Below are positions 11,526-26,000 of a stretch of 64,000 nucleotides of DNA, piece after piece. The translations under genes were made by a program, and so were the position numbers. The stretch covers positions 186,001 through 250,000 of the forward strand of contig OZ251233.1 of assembly GCA_965240325.2 (NCBI GenBank), read 5' to 3'. The notes beneath the pieces were generated by a model. The model did not search any database, was not told the DNA's origin, and saw only the letters and a list, made by a program, of their open reading frames with translations. This stretch comes from Rebecca billardiae RCC1528. Taxonomy: Eukaryota > Protista > Haptophyta. Numbering within the stretch: the stretch's first letter is position 1; each line of letters starts with the position of its first letter.

Positions 11526-12746
11526 ATATTTGTTTGCTGCGCGTGCTCGACGGCGCCGCTGCTGCCGCTACGGCCGCGCGTTGCTGCGTCGCGAGCGAGC
11601 CCGATGCGAGCTGAACGGCGGCGTGCTCATCGCTGCTGGCGCAGATGGGCGCGTCATGGTGGCCACGCACGATGCTGAGTGCTCGCGCGTGCCAGACGAG
11701 GCGCGTGCTCGCGCTGTGGCTCAATGTCCGGCAGTGCGCGTGGCAGGCCGCAGCTGCTCGACAACAGAACCAGCGGGCAGTGATCGGGCTGCGCGCGCGC
11801 AGCTGATGGCGGCGAACGAGCGAGCCCGCACCGCCGCGCAAGGGCTGGGCGACTGGCGCCGAGGTGGCGCGCACGTCGTCCGCTGCCGTTGGCATCGCGG
11901 CGGACGCTTCAAGCTCGTTCGGCCGGCGTGTTTTCTCCGACGCCCACCTGCGAGCGCTGCCGGCACCGTGCTCGGGCGTCAGTATCGGTGGGCTCGAGCA
12001 CGCGTGGTGAGGCGCTCGGAGCGGTCGACGGCCATGATCGGGCAGCGCACGGTGGGCGCAGGCCACGCGCACGCCAGCGCCCCGCGTGGCGTGGCTTCAC
12101 GGGGCGCAGCCACCAGGAGACTGTGCTGCGACGAGCTCGGGCGCGCTCGGGCGCCGCTGCTCTGCATTTTCCCGAAAAATCGGTTTTCGTGCCCTCGACC
12201 GGCGGTATGCCGCCGGGGTGGCCGCAGCTGCGCTCGGAGCAGCGCGCACGGGCACCGCCGTGTGCGCCCGCCCGCTTTCGCCGCCGCCGAGCTCGAGCAC
12301 AGCGCTGCGCGGGGCTGCGTAATGCCAACGGCGCATGATTTTTTGCCCGCGCCGAGCGCGCGTCGGCGCGCGCAGCGCGCTCAGGTGTGGCCTGCTACCA
12401 AGGTCTGTGCCACGATTCGACGCGCCTATGGTGCGCCGAATTTAGGCGCACCGCTTCAGAATTGTCCGATGATTCGACTAGTGGTGCGGACAACTTAAAA
12501 CGTCACCCTGAGCAGTTTTCCGGCACTGTGTATATCTATATCATCAGATAGATCGAATGGCGCAGCATCAGTGATCAGACGAGCAGCGTGACGATGATCA
12601 TGAAGTATTCCCTTCAGATACTACGTGCATGTCAACGACGGTCCGCTGACGGTCACTCTGCCGAGCCGCGGTGCCACTGGGCCAGGCTGCGCCTGATCCG
12701 AGCAGTGCCTCGACAAACCTCGGTGACAGCGCGGCGGCCTACCCGC

Positions 12747-15700
12747 CTACACCTCGCCGTGCGCGGCGGAGAGCGCGGAGGGCGACGACTCGGACTCGGA
12801 CGAGTGCTCCTGCTGCGCGTGCGCCGCGCTCGGCCCGCGCCGCGCCGGCCCGGGCCGCGCGAGCAGCAGCAGCAGCTGCAGCGCGTCCGGCTGGGCGGCA
12901 GCGCTCGGCTCGAGGCCGGCGCCGCGCGCGCCCGCCTCGGCCTGAGCGCCGGCCGCGCCGCGCGCCGCGTCCGCGCCGAGCGGCGGGCGCAGGCGGCGGC
13001 GCAGCGCGGCGCGCGCGGCGGGCAGCGCCCAGCAGGCGAGCAGCACGCCCGCTGGCTCGAGGGCGGCCAGGGAGAGCGCGGCCGCGCCGCCCCACGCCCA
13101 CAGCATCGGCACGAGCGCGGCGCGTGGCACGCGCTCGCCGCCGATGGCGGCGGCGACGCCGAGCGCGGCGGTGGCGCCGAGCAGCAGCGCCCAGAGCAGC
13201 GGCGCGCGCGCGGCGCGCGGCGGCGCGCACGGCGGCTCGCGCGCGCGCCGCCGCGCCGGCTCGCGCGCGCGCCGCCGGGCGTACCACGTGCCCAGCTCGG
13301 CGCGGGCGTCGCGCGGGCCGCCGCCGGCCGCGCCGAGCGCGCGCAGCACCGCGCGCGCCTCGAGCGGCGTGAACGGGTCGCCGAGCTCGGCGGTGAGCGT
13401 GCACAGCGCGGCCGCGTCGAGCGCCGCGCCCGGCCCACGCCCGTCGCCCTCGGCGCAGGAGCAGCCGAGCAGCAGCCGCAGAGCGAGCGCCTCCGCCTCC
13501 GCCTCGCGCGCGCGCGCCCAGCCGGTCGGAGCGGGCCGCGGTGCGGCGGTGGGCTGCGGCGGCGGCGGCTGCGCGCGCGGCGGCGAGGGCGGCGGCGAGG
13601 GCGGCGCCGCGCCCGCGCTCGCGCCGCCCTGCCGCGCCGACGCGCCCGCGCGCGCGCGCGCCGACGCCGGCGCGTGCGGCGCGGGCACGCGCGCGCGCCT
13701 CGCGGACGGGTCGGCGCTGACCAGCAGGCCGCTCGACGGGCCGCCGCCGCCGGCGGCGCGGCCGGGCGCGGCGCGGCAGTACGCGCTGGGCGGCTGCGCG
13801 AGCGGCGAGGCGCCGAGCGCTCCGCCGCGCGCGCGGCTCGGCGGCATCACCCCGCCCATCGCCATCAGCGGCGCACCCGGCGGCGGCGGCGCGGACGGGC
13901 GGCGGCGCGCGTGCGGCTGCGCGCCGCCGACCGCCACGACCGGGCGCGAGTGCGGGATGAGCGGCGGCTGCGCGCCCGGCGGCGGGCACAGGGGCAGCAG
14001 CGCGGCGGCGGGCGCGTCCGCGCCGTACAGCTGGCGCTGGCGCAGCGAGGCGCGCCGGCTGTGTGTCGGAGTCACGCGGTCGCGGCCACCGCTGCCGCGA
14101 GAGCGCCGCCCGCCGGCCGGGCTGCCGCTGCCGCCCGCCGCCGCCCCGCTTGCGCCCTCCGCCGCGCCGCCCGCGCCCGGGCCGAGTGACACGAACGCCT
14201 CAGCGGCGGCGGCCGGCTCGGCGCGCTCGCTGCCGCCCCAGCGCAGCGAGGAGTGCGCTGAGTGCGCGCTGCTGCTCGAGCGGCGCGAGCGCGAGGCGCG
14301 CGGCGCCACGCCGCGCGCCGCGGCGGCGGCTCTCTCGCTGCCCGGGCTGGGCGGCGCGGCGGGCCGCGCGCGACGGCCGTCTTCGGCGGAGCCCGCGGGC
14401 GGCGCAGCGCCCGCGCGCGGCGCGGCGTCCGCGGCGGGCGCGCTCGGCGGCGGCGGCAGCTGCAGCACCGCGCGCGCGAGCGCCGCCTCGAGCCGCTGCG
14501 CAAAGCGCAGCGTCGGCGCGACGCTGCGCGCCACGCCCTCCGCGCCCTTGCCCCCGCGCGTGAGCAACTCCGCGCCGAGGTCGGCGCCCAGCAGCGCGCC
14601 CACCGCCTCGGCCAGCAAGCCGTGCAGCCGCGGCGCCGGGCGCGCGCCCCAGCGCGTGGCGGTGGCGCGGATGCGGAGCGCGCGCGCGAGCAGCAGCGCA
14701 CACGCGCCCGCGCACCCCAGCACGCCCACCGCGCCCCACACGGGCAGCCCGAGCGGGCGGCGCACCGCCCCGCCCCAGCGCCGCGGGCGCGCGGGCGCCG
14801 TCCCTACGCTGTACACGTCAGCCCCGCCGCCGTACGCACCGACCGCGAGTGCGAGCTGCAGCAGCAGCGAGGCGAAGGCGCCCTGCACGAGCAGCGCGCG
14901 CTGGGAGGGCTGCTCGGCGGGCAGCAGCGGCGCTGAGAGCGTGCACGGCTCGTCCGCCAGCACGCGCAGCACGCGCGCGCCCAGCGCGCGCACCGCGCCG
15001 CCCGCGCCGCGCGCCGGCCGCGCCGCGCCCGCGGCCGCGCCCCCGCCGCCCCCGCCGCCGCCGCCGCCGCTGCCGCGTGCGTGCTGTGTGCTGAACGCCT
15101 CCACGGGCGCGGAGACGCGCGCGCGCACGCCGCCGCCGCTGCCGGCGCGGCGGAGCGCGGCGGTGGAGGCGGCGGAGGAGGCATCGGCGCCCGTCTGCGC
15201 CCGGCGCGGCTGCGGCCCGCGCGGCGCCGTGCCGCCGTGCCGCGCCCGTGCCGCCTCTGCCTCGTCCTCCGCCTCGTCCTCGCTGCGCCCCAGCTCCAGA
15301 GTTGGGTCTGCGCGCGCTGAGCGCGCGGCACCTCCGGGCGGGCGCGGCCCCGGGACGGCGGCGGCGAGGTGGGAGGGCTCGATGCGCGCGACGTCCGGCG
15401 TGGACGTCTCGCTGCGCGCGTCCTCCTCCTCAGCCTCCTCCTCAGCCTCCGCCTCCGCCGCGTCCTCCTCCGCGCCCGCCGCGGCGCGGCTCCGCGCGTC
15501 CGCCGCACGCGCGCCGAGGGCGGCGGGCGCGCGCGCCGACGCGGCGGCGGCCGCGGCGGGCGTGCGCGTGGGCACGACCACCGCCTCCGCCGCCGCGCGC
15601 GGCGCGCCGCCGCCCAGCCGCGTGCCCGTGCTGCCCGCGGGCTGCTGCTGCTGCTGCTGCTGCTCCTGCTGCTGCGCCTTTGCCGCCCCCGTGCGCAGCG

Positions 15701-16948
15701 GGCGCGCGCGCGCGCCGAGCGGCTCGTAGGCGCCCGCGCGCGTCCGCTGCGCGCGGTACCAGCGGCGGTGGCGCGCGCGGGCGCGGCGCTCGGCGAGGGC
15801 GGCGAGGGCGAGCAGCGCGGCGTCGAGCCCGAGCAGCAGGTACACGAGCCGCGCCACCGCGCCCTCGCCCACCAGCCCCACCGCCGCCGCCGCCACCTGC
15901 GCTGAGCCTGGCCGCACCGTCTGCGCGCCCTCGGCCGCGCCCGCGCCGGCCGCGGCGCCGTCGGGCGGCGGCGGCAGTCCGAGCCCGGCGAACTCGGTGA
16001 GGTGCGTGCACGCGCAGTAGAAGAGCGGGAGCGAGGACAGGTCGACGCCGCCGGTGAGCGACGTGTCGTCCTGCGGCGTGCCCGCGGGCGCGCACCCGTC
16101 GCTGCTCCAGCCGGCGCCCGCAGCCGCCGCCCAGAAGCGGCAGTCGGCCGCCGCGCGCACCTGCTGCGCTGAGAGGCCGGCGCGCGGAGGGACGGCGATG
16201 AGCAGCGGGCGCGGCAGCCGCGAGATCTCGATCTCGGCGCCGCCCGCCGCGCGCAGCGTCACGGAGAACACGTGCGTCAGCACCTCCTCGCCGCCGCTCA
16301 CGTTGAGCGCCTGCAGCGCCGCGGAGCCGTTTGCCGCCAGCGTGCGCAGGTCGCGCGTGACCGAGGTGAGAACGATGTCGACGCCTGCGGCGAGGGAGAG
16401 CTCGGCCAGGAAGCCGAGCACCTCGGCGCGGACGAGCATCCCGCCGTGCGCGTCGATCGCGGGGATCCACCGCCCCTCGACCAGCGCGGCCGCGCTCAGC
16501 CGCACCGCCGTCACGTTGAGGTCCGCGCCCGGCAGCCGCGCCGCCGCCTCGCCCTGCAGCGCGCCCTCGAGCGCGGCGACGCCGAGCGCGTCGAGCGCGG
16601 CGGCGGAGGCGTCGGCGAGGTGCAGCGCGGCGGGCAGCGGCAGCGCGGACGGGTCGAGCCGGCCGAGCACCGCGTCGATCGCCCGCGCCAGCGCCGGCAC
16701 CGTGCCCGCCGCCAGCCCCACCTGCGGCACGGCGCGCGCGAGCGCCGTCGCGTGCGCGAGCGAGGCGTTCGCAGCGGCCGCGTCCAGCCGGATCGGCGCG
16801 CCCAGCACGGCGGCGAGCGAGGCGGCGGCCTGCGCGAGGCCGGAGGGGGTGCGCGCGCTGATCGCCGACGCGCCGATGCTCACCTCGAGCAGCGCGTCGC
16901 GCGCCGCGTCCACCTCCGCCTCGCTGAGCGGGCCGTGCACCGCGGCGC

Positions 16949-17004
<56 letters not shown>

Positions 17005-20000
17005 GGCGCGTCGAGCCGGGGCGGCGGCGTGGGCGGTGGGCGCGGCGCGAAGGCGGGCGGCGGCGGGCTCGGCGGCGGCGCCGGCCGCGCCGGCCCCACG
17101 CCGCCACCGCCCGGCGCCCCCACCGCCGCCTCCGCGCCCCCTTCGAGCTGCGCACTGCCCAGCAGCCACACGAGCACGTCGATCAGACGGTACGCGTGCG
17201 CCGAGTCCGCGCGCGACACCGCGGCGCGCGCCTGCGCGAGCAGCGAGGCGAGCGCGGAGGAGGCGCCCTCGCGCAGCGCGTGGAGCGGCGTGGCGACGCT
17301 CACGGCCGCGAGCGCCTCCGCGCTCGCGCCCCACGCGTCCTCCACCGCCACGCGCACCGTGCGGTTGCCCGCCGGCAGCAGCACTCCGAACACATTTGGG
17401 CCCAGCCCGCGCGCCCGGAGCACGCTCGCGCCCGCGCCGCCCGCCGAGGCGCGCCACCGGCCGTCGGCGGCGGCGGGCGCGTGCGCGAAGGCGTAGCGCA
17501 GCGGCAGGTCGCTCGCCTCGTCGTCCGCCCAGCCCGCCGCGACCACGTCGAACTGCGTGAACAGCGCCACCCCCGCGGGCGGCTCCACCCGCAGCCCGCC
17601 GCCAAACGGCGGCCGGTTCATGCGCACGCGCACGGAGCCCACGCCCGGCTGCTCGGCGCCGAGCACGGTGAGCTGGAAGACGTACGTCGCGCCCGGCGCG
17701 AGCGCGCCGCTGCGGAAGGCGAGCGCCGGGCCCGCCGCGCCGGTGGTCGTCACGGCGGCGCTGTCCGACAGGTCGAGCCCCGCCGCCTCGCGCAGCGCGC
17801 CGCCCGCGCCCTCGAGCATCGCGCGCCACGCGTACGTGAAGCGCACCACGCCGCTCGCCTGCAGCGCGGCGGAGGCGGGGTCGAGCGAGGTGGCGATCAC
17901 CAGCCGCTGCGCGGGCAGCTCGAACGTGGGGTTGTACTTGGGCCGCGGCAGCGGCTCGAACGCGATCGCCGGCACCACGCCCGAGACCACCGTCACGCGC
18001 ACCGACGCCTCGGCCGGCCTCGCAAACGCCGCGCTGCCGACGGCCACGGTGAGAGCGTACTCGCCCAGTGGCAGCGCGAGGGGCGGCAGGCGCAGCACGG
18101 GCCCGCGCGGAGGCGCGCCGAGGGCGGTGAGGTTGAGCGGCGTCGCCGCGCTGCTGCTGCCGTTCGCCCCGCCGCCGCCCTCCGCGGACACGCGCCGCGC
18201 GCTCCACTCGAACGCCAGCCCCGCGCCGCCGTCCGCGCGGTTCGGGTCAGCGGACGCGGACGCGTCGATGTCGACGGGCAGCAGCGCGCCCACCACGCGG
18301 TCGCCGCCCGCGATGGTGGCGCGCAGCGGGCGCTGGCCCACCGCGACGGTGACGCTGGCCGTGCCCGGGCTCGCCGCGCCCGACGGGTCGGACGCGCGCA
18401 CCTCCAGCGTGTACGAGTGCAGCGCTGAGAGCGAGAACGGAGGCAGCAGCAGCAGCGCGCCGCCGGCCGACGAGCCCGCCCCGAGCGAGGGCCGCAGCGC
18501 GCCCGGCCACGCGGGCGCGCCGCTCGCCGTCTCGACGACGGCGGCGAGCCGCCACGAGAAGTCGAGCGCGGCGCTGGGCGGCTCGTGCTCGCCCACGCCG
18601 CACGCCGCGGGCCGCCGCGTCGACGCCTCCAGCACCACGCTCTCGGCGGGCCACGCGCCCACGCGCGCAGGCCCGGCCACGCCCACCAGCAGGGCGTCCG
18701 GCGGGGCGCGCGCGGCCACGTGCAGCGCCGGGGGCGAGGTGAGGGCGAGGAAGGAGGTGACGCGCAGGGCGAAGGCCCAGGCGGTGCCGCCGCGCGGCAT
18801 GCGCAGCCGCGCGACCGCCGCGCCCGGCGGCAGCGCGCGCAGCTGCGCCTCCACGTCCGCGAGCGCGCCCTCGTCCGCGTCGCTCCGCGCGCGCTCGACG
18901 CGCCACTCGAAGGCCAGCGGCACGATGCCGCCGCCGCTGGAGGCGGTGCCGTCGAGGCGCACGGACTCGTTGGCGCAGGCGGAGAGGGCGGCGGGCGCGC
19001 GGAGCGAGGCGACGGGCGTCGGGCACGGCGTGCCCGGCCCGCACGGCGCGTCCACGTCGATGCTCGCCGCCAGCCCCACGCCCAGCAGCGCGGCGTCACA
19101 GCCGGGCGAGCACGGCGCGGGCGAGAGCGCGCGCTCGCGCACGCGCACGGTGGAGCCTGGCGCGAGCAGCGTGGCGGGGCTGAGCTGCACGCGCAGCGAG
19201 GTGTCGGAGGCCCAGTAGCACTGCGGCGCGGGCGCGTCGGCGTCGGCCCCGCGCACCAGCGCCACGCTCTCGTCGTCGAGCACGGCCGCGCACGCGGACA
19301 GCCCGGCGCCCATGCGCGCGCGGTCGGTCGGCTGCGCGTCGAACTCGAGGCGGAGCGCGGTGGCGGTGCGGTCGAACGCGGCGAGGAGGAGGGTGGGGGC
19401 GTGCAGCCCGATGAAGGTGAAGTACACGCCGCCCTCGGCCGCGCCCAGCCCGAGCGCCGGCGCGTACTGCTGCCCGTTGAGCGCGACGCGCACCTGCGCA
19501 GGCCCCTCCTGCCCCGAGCCGTCGGGCGCGCGCGCCTCAAGCGCGCCGTCGCCCAGGAAGGCGCTCGGCGGCACGGGGCGCGCGGCCGGGCCGAACGCGA
19601 TGCGCAGCAGCGGGAGCAGCCCCGCGGCCTGCAGCGCGCCGAAGCCGGCGCCGCTCACCGCCACCCGCGTGCGCGCGTACCCCTGCGCGGGCGAGACGGC
19701 CATCACGCGCGGCTCCGAGTACCAAGCAAACCCCACGGCCGAGGCGGAGGTGCTGCCGGCGTGCGCGCCGTTGAGTGAGAGCTCGAGCGAGCGCGAGCCG
19801 CCCGCCCAGCCGGGGCGCGCGGGCGGCAGCGTGCACCGCGCGCGGGACGTGCCGTTGACGGGCGCGAGCAGCGTCGCGCGCGCGGCGCACGCGCGCGGCT
19901 CCACGGCGGGCAGCACGCAGCACAGCTGGCCCTCGCCGTACTCGGCAAAGCCCGAGCCCTCGAGCGTCACCACCGTGCCGCCGCGCACCGGCCCGGCGGG

Positions 20001-23000
20001 CGGGTGCAGCGCGGTCACGCGCACGCTGCGTTGCTCGTACAGCTCGACCACGATCGGCTCGAAGCGGAAGGGCACGACGTACTCGCCGCTGTCCAGCGTG
20101 AGCCGCACCTCGTACGCGCCCGCGCCCAGCCCCGCGCCCAGCCCCGCGCCCAGCGCCGCGCCGCTCGGCAGCTCGCACGTGGCCGCCTCGGCAGACAGCA
20201 CGGCCGCAGGGCTGACGGCGGCGGGGACAAACGCGCCGCCGCCGCCGCCGCCGCCGGGCGCGGCGCGGCCGAACGAGCAGAAGTCGCCCGTGCCGCGGCC
20301 GACGAGGCCGGCGCCGCGCAGCGTGAAGTTGAGCGGCGCGCCCGGCCTGAGCGGCGCGCCGAGCGGCGAGCCCGAGTCGAGCGCCGCGCGGATCAGCGGC
20401 GGCGGCGGCGGCGAGGGCGGCGGCGGCGGCGGCGGCGGCGGCGACGGCGGCGACGAGGGCGGCGAGGGCGGCGGGAACGGCGAGACGCGCGGCGGCGGCG
20501 GCGGGCTGGGCGGCGGCGAGGGCGGCGGCAACGGCGGCGGCGAGGGTGGCGGCGTGGGCGGCGGCGAGGGCGGCGGCGGCGGGCTCGGCGGCGGCGGCGG
20601 CGAGGGCGGCGGCGCGGGCGGCGAGGGCGGCGGGAACGGCGAGACGCGCGGCGGCGGCGGCGGGCTGGGCGGCGGCGAGGGCGGCGGGCTCGGCGGCGGC
20701 GAGGGCGGCGGCAACGGCGGCGGCGGCGGCGAGGGCGGCGGCGAGGGCGGCGGCGAGGGCGGCGGGCCCGGAGGCGGCGAGGGCGGCGGGCTCGGCGGCG
20801 GCGACGGCGGCGCGCTCGGCGGCGGCGGGCTGGGCGGCGGCGAGGGCGGCGGCGAGGGCGGCGGCGAGGGCGGCGGCGAGGGCGGCGGGCCCGGCGGCGG
20901 GGATGGCGGCGGGGATGGCGGCGGCGAGGGCGGCGGGCCCGGCGGCGGGCTCGGCGGCGGGGAGGGTGGCGGCGAGGGTGGCGGCGAGGGCGGCGGGCTC
21001 GGCGGCGGACTGGGCGGCGGTGACGGCGGCGGGCTCGGCGGCGGCGGGGATGGCGGTGGGCGGGGGGGCGGGCTCGGGGGCGGAGACGGCGGCGGGCTCG
21101 GCGGCGGGCTCGGCGGCGGGCTCGGCGGCGGGCTCGGCGGCGGGCTCGGCGGCGGGCTCGGCGGCGGGCTCGGCGGCGGCGGCGAAGGCGGCGGGCTCGG
21201 CGGCGGGCTCGGCGGTGGGCTCGGCGGTGGGCTCGGCGGCGGAGCGGGCGGCGGTGCGGGTGGCGGGCTCGGCGGCGGGCTCGGCGGTGGGCTGGGCGGC
21301 GGTGCGGGCGGCGGGCTCGGCGGCGGGCTCGGCGGCGGAGAGGGCGGCGGGCCTGGCGGCGGGCTGGGTGGTGGGCTCGGCGGGGGAGACGGCGGCGGGC
21401 TCGGCGGCGGGCTCGGCGGTGGAGATGGCGGCGGGCTCGGCGGCGGGCTCGGCGGCGGCGGAGATGGCGGTGGGCTCGGGGGAGGGCTCGGCGGCGGCGA
21501 CGGCGGCGGGCTTGGCGGCGGGCTCGGCGGCGGGCTCGGCGGCGGGCTCGGCGGCGGGCTCGGCGGAGGAGACGGCGGCGGGCTCGGCGGCGGCGGCGAA
21601 GGCGGCGGGCTCGGCGGCGGGCTCGGCGGCGGGCTCGGCGGCGGGCTGGGCGGCGGGCTGGGCGGCGGGCTCGGCGGCGGGCTGGGCGGCGGGCTGGGCG
21701 GCGGGCTTGGGGGCGGGCTGGGCGGCGGGCTCGGTGGCGGGCTCGGCGGCGGGCTGGGCGGTGGGCTGGGTGGCGGTGACGGTGGCGGGCTGGGCGGCGG
21801 GCTGGGCGGCGGGCTCGGCGGCGGCGAAGGCGGTGGCGACGGCGGCGGCGACGGCGGCGGTGATGGCGGCGGGCTCGGCGGCGGGCTCGGCGGCGGGCTC
21901 GGCGGCGGGCTCGGCGGCGGGCTCGGCGGAGGGCTCGGCGGTGGGCTCGGCGGTGGGCTCGGCGGTGGCGACGGCGGCGGGCTCGGGGGAGGCGACGGGG
22001 GCGGGCTCGGCGGCGGGCTCGGGGGAGGGCTCGGTGGTGGCGAGGGCGGTGGGCTCGGCGGCGGCGAAGGCGGCGGCGAGGGCGGCGGGCTTGGCGGTGG
22101 CGAGGGCGGCGGTGATGGCGGCGGGCTTGGCGGAGGGCTCGGCGGCGGGCTCGGCGGTGGTGATGGCGGCGGGCTCGGCGGTGGGGAGGGCGGCGGGCTC
22201 GGCGGCGGCGAGGGCGGCGGGCTTGGTGGTGGCGAGGGTGGCGGCGACGGTGGCGGACTTGGCGGCGGGCTTGGTGGCGGCGACGGCGGCGGGCTTGGCG
22301 GCGGGCTGGGCGGTGGGCTTGGCGGCGGGCTCGGTGGTGGCGAGGGCGGTGGCGAGGGCGGCGGGCTCGGTGGTGGTGATGGCGGCGGGCTCGGCGGCGG
22401 CGAGGGCGGCGGGCTTGGTGGTGGCGAAGGCGGCGGCGAGGGCGGTGGGCTTGGCGGCGGCGAGGGCGGTGGGCTCGGCGGCGGCGACGGCGGTGGACTT
22501 GGTGGCGGCGACGGCGGCGGGCTGGGTGGCGGGCTGGGCGGCGGCGAGGGCGGCGGGCTCGGTGGTGGCGAGGGCGGTGGCGAGGGTGGCGGGCTCGGTG
22601 GTGGTGATGGCGGCGGACTCGGCGGCGGCGAGGGCGGCGGGCTTGGCGGTGGCGAAGGCGGCGGCGAGGGCGGTGGGCTTGGCGGCGGCGAGGGCGGTGG
22701 ACTCGGCGGCGGTGAAGGCGGCGGCGAGGGCGGCGGCGAGGGCGGCGGAGACGGTGGCGGGCTCGGCGGCGGCGAGGGCGGCGGGCTCGGCGGCGGCGAA
22801 GGCGGCGGCGAGGGCGGCGGGCTCGGCGGCGGCGAGGGCGGTGGACTGGGCGGCGGTGACGGCGGTGGGCTCGGTGGCGGCGAGGGTGGCGGCGAGGGCG
22901 GCGGGCTCGGCGGCGGCGAGGGCGGTGGGCTCGGCGGCGGTGAGGGCGGCGGTGACGGTGGCGGCGAGGGCGGCGGCGAGGGCGGTGGGCTCGGCGGCGG

Positions 23001-26000
23001 CGAGGGTGGCGGGCTCGGCGGCGGGCTCGGCGGCGGCGAGGGCGGCGGGCTCGGCGGCGGCGAGGGCGGCGGAGACGGTGGCGGCGAGGGCGGCGGCGAG
23101 GGCGGCGGGCTCGGCGGCGGCGAAGGCGGCGGGCTCGGAGGTGGTGACGGCGGCGGGCTCGGCGGGGGCGAGGGCGGCGGCGACGGTGGTGGCGAGGGCG
23201 GTGGCGAGGGCGGCGGGCTTGGTGGCGGCGAGGGTGGTGGGCTTGGCGGCGGCGAGGGCGGTGGGCTCGGCGGCGGCGATGGTGGCGGGCTCGGCGGCGG
23301 CGAGGGCGGCGGCGACGGTGGCGGGCTCGGCGGCGGCGAGGGCGGCGGTGAAGGTGGCGGCGAGGGCGGCGGTGAAGGCGGCGGGCTCGGCGGCGGCGAG
23401 GGTGGCGGTGACGGCGGCGGGCTTGGGGGAGGCGAGGGCGGCGGGCTCGGCGGCGGCGATGGAGGCGGGCTTGGCGGCGGTGAGGGCGGTGGGCTCGGCG
23501 GTGGCGATGGTGGCGGGCTCGGCGGCGGCGACGGCGGCGGGCTCGGCGGCGGCGACGGCGGCGGGCTCGGCGGTGGTGAGGGCGGCGGACTCGGCGGTGG
23601 CGATGGCGGCGGTGATGGTGGCGGACTGGGCGGTGGCGATGGCGGCGGCGATGGCGGCGGGCTTGGCGGCGGCGATGGCGGCGGGCTCGGCGGCGGCGAC
23701 GGCGGCGGGCTCGGCGGCGGCGATGGAGGTGGGCTCGGTGGTGGTGAGGGTGGCGGCGATGGCGGTGGCGATGGCGGCGGTGATGGTGGCGGACTGGGCG
23801 GCGGCGACGGTGGCGGCGATGGAGGCGGGCTTGGCGGCGGGCTCGGCGGTGGGCTCGGCGGCGGGCTCGGCGGCGGGCTCGGCGGCGGAGAGGGCGGCGG
23901 GCTCGGCGGTGGGCTGGGCGGCGGGCTTGGCGGTGGCGACGGTGGTGGCGACGGCGGCGGGCTGGGCGGCGGGCTGGGCGGCGGGCTTGGAGGCGGCGAT
24001 GGCGGCGGGCTCGGAGGTGGCGAGGGTGGCGGCGAGGGCGGTGGGCTTGGCGGCGGCGCGGGTGGCGGGCTCGGCGGCGGGCTCGGCGGCGGGCTCGGCG
24101 GCGGGCTCGGAGGTGGAGAGGGCGGCGGGCTCGGCGGCGGCGACGGAGGCGGCGAGGGTGGCGGGCTCGGCGGGGGCGATGGCGGCGGCGACGGAGGCGG
24201 GCTTGGCGGCGGCGAGGGCGGCGGGCTCGGCGGCGGGCTCGGAGGAGGGCTCGGTGGCGGCGACGGCGGCGGGCTCGGCGGCGGCGAAGGCGGCGGCGAG
24301 GGCGGCGGACTCGGCGGTGGCGATGGCGGCGGTGATGGCGGCGGGCTCGGCGGAGGGCTCGGCGGCGGGCTGGGCGGTGGTGATGGCGGTGGGCTCGGTG
24401 GCGGCGACGGCGGCGGGCTCGGCGGCGGCGACGGCGGCGGGCTCGGCGGCGGCGAGGGCGGTGGGCTCGGTGGTGGTGAGGGTGGCGGAGATGGCGGCGG
24501 CGAGGGTGGCGGCGATGGCGGCGGGCTCGGTGGCGGCGACGGTGGCGGCGATGGAGGCGGGCTGGGCGGCGGGCTTGGCGGCGGGCTTGGCGGTGGCGAC
24601 GGCGGCGGGCTCGGCGGCGGAGATGGCGGCGGCGACGGCGGCGGCGACGGCGGTGGCGATGGTGGTGGGCTAGGCGGTGGCGATGGCGGCGGGGACGGTG
24701 GTGGACTCGGCGGCGGGCTGGGTGGCGGGCTTGGCGGCGGAGAGGGCGGCGGGCTCGGGGGCGGCGAGGGTGGCGGCGATGGCGGCGGCGAGGGTGGCGG
24801 CGATGGCGGCGGGCTCGGCGGCGGCGACGGCGGCGGCGATGGAGGCGGGCTTGGCGGCGGGCTCGGCGGCGGGCTTGGCGGCGGCGACGGCGGCGGGCTC
24901 GGCGGCGGCGATGGCGGTGGCGACGGCGGCGGGCTTGGCGGCGGCGAGGGCGGCGGACTTGGTGGTGGTGAGGGTGGCGGCGATGGCGGCGGCGAGGGTG
25001 GCGGCGATGGCGGCGGGCTCGGTGGCGGCGACGGTGGCGGCGACGGCGGCGGGCTCGGCGGCGGGCTTGGCGGCGGGCTTGGCGGCGGGGACGGCGGCGG
25101 GCTCGGCGGCGGCGATGGCGGTGGCGACGGCGGCGGTGACGGCGGCGGGCTCGGCGGCGGCGATGGCGGTGGCGATGGCGGCGGGGACGGTGGCGGACTC
25201 GGCGGCGGGCTGGGCGGCGGGCTCGGAGGCGGTGACGGTGGTGGCGCCGGCGGCGGGCTCGGTGGTGGGCTCGGTGGCGGGCTGGGCGGCGGGGCCGGTG
25301 GCGGGCTGGGCGGCGGGCTTGGCGGCGGGCTGGGTGGCGGGCTGGGCGGCGGCGAGGGTGGCGGCGAGGGCGGCGGCGAGGGCGGTGGGCTCGGAGGTGG
25401 CGATGGTGGCGGCGATGGCGGCGGGCTGGGCGGCGGCGGTGACGGCGGCGGCGAAGGCGGTGGCGACGGTGGTGGCGATGGCGGCGGGCTTGGGGGCGGC
25501 GGCGAGGGTGGAGGCGAGGGCGGCGGCGAGGGCGGTGGCGAGGGCGGCGGCGAGGGCGGTGGTGACGGCGGCGGCGGGCGGCGGCCGAGGGCGGCGGAGA
25601 GGGCGGCGGCGATGGAGGCGGGCTCGGCGGTGGCGAGGGCGGCGGCGAGGGCGGCGGTGAGGGCGGTGGTGAGGGTGGCGGCGAGGGCGGCGGCGACGGT
25701 GGCGGCGGGCTTGGCGGCGGGCTGGGTGGCGGGCTCGGCGGCGGCGAGGGCGGCGGTGAGGGCGGCGGGCTCGGCGGCGGCGAGGGCGGCGGCGAGGGCG
25801 GAGGTGACGGTGGCGGCGAGGGCGGTGGCGACGGCGGGGGCGAGGGTGGCGGCGAGGGCGGCGGCGGGCTGGGGGGCGGGCTGGGCGGCGGGCTGGGCGG
25901 CGGCGAGGGCGGCGGGCTTGGCGGTGGTGACGGCGGCGGCGAGGGCGGGGGCGAGGGCGGCGGTGAGGGCGGCGGCGAGGGCGGCGGGCTCGGCGGCGGC

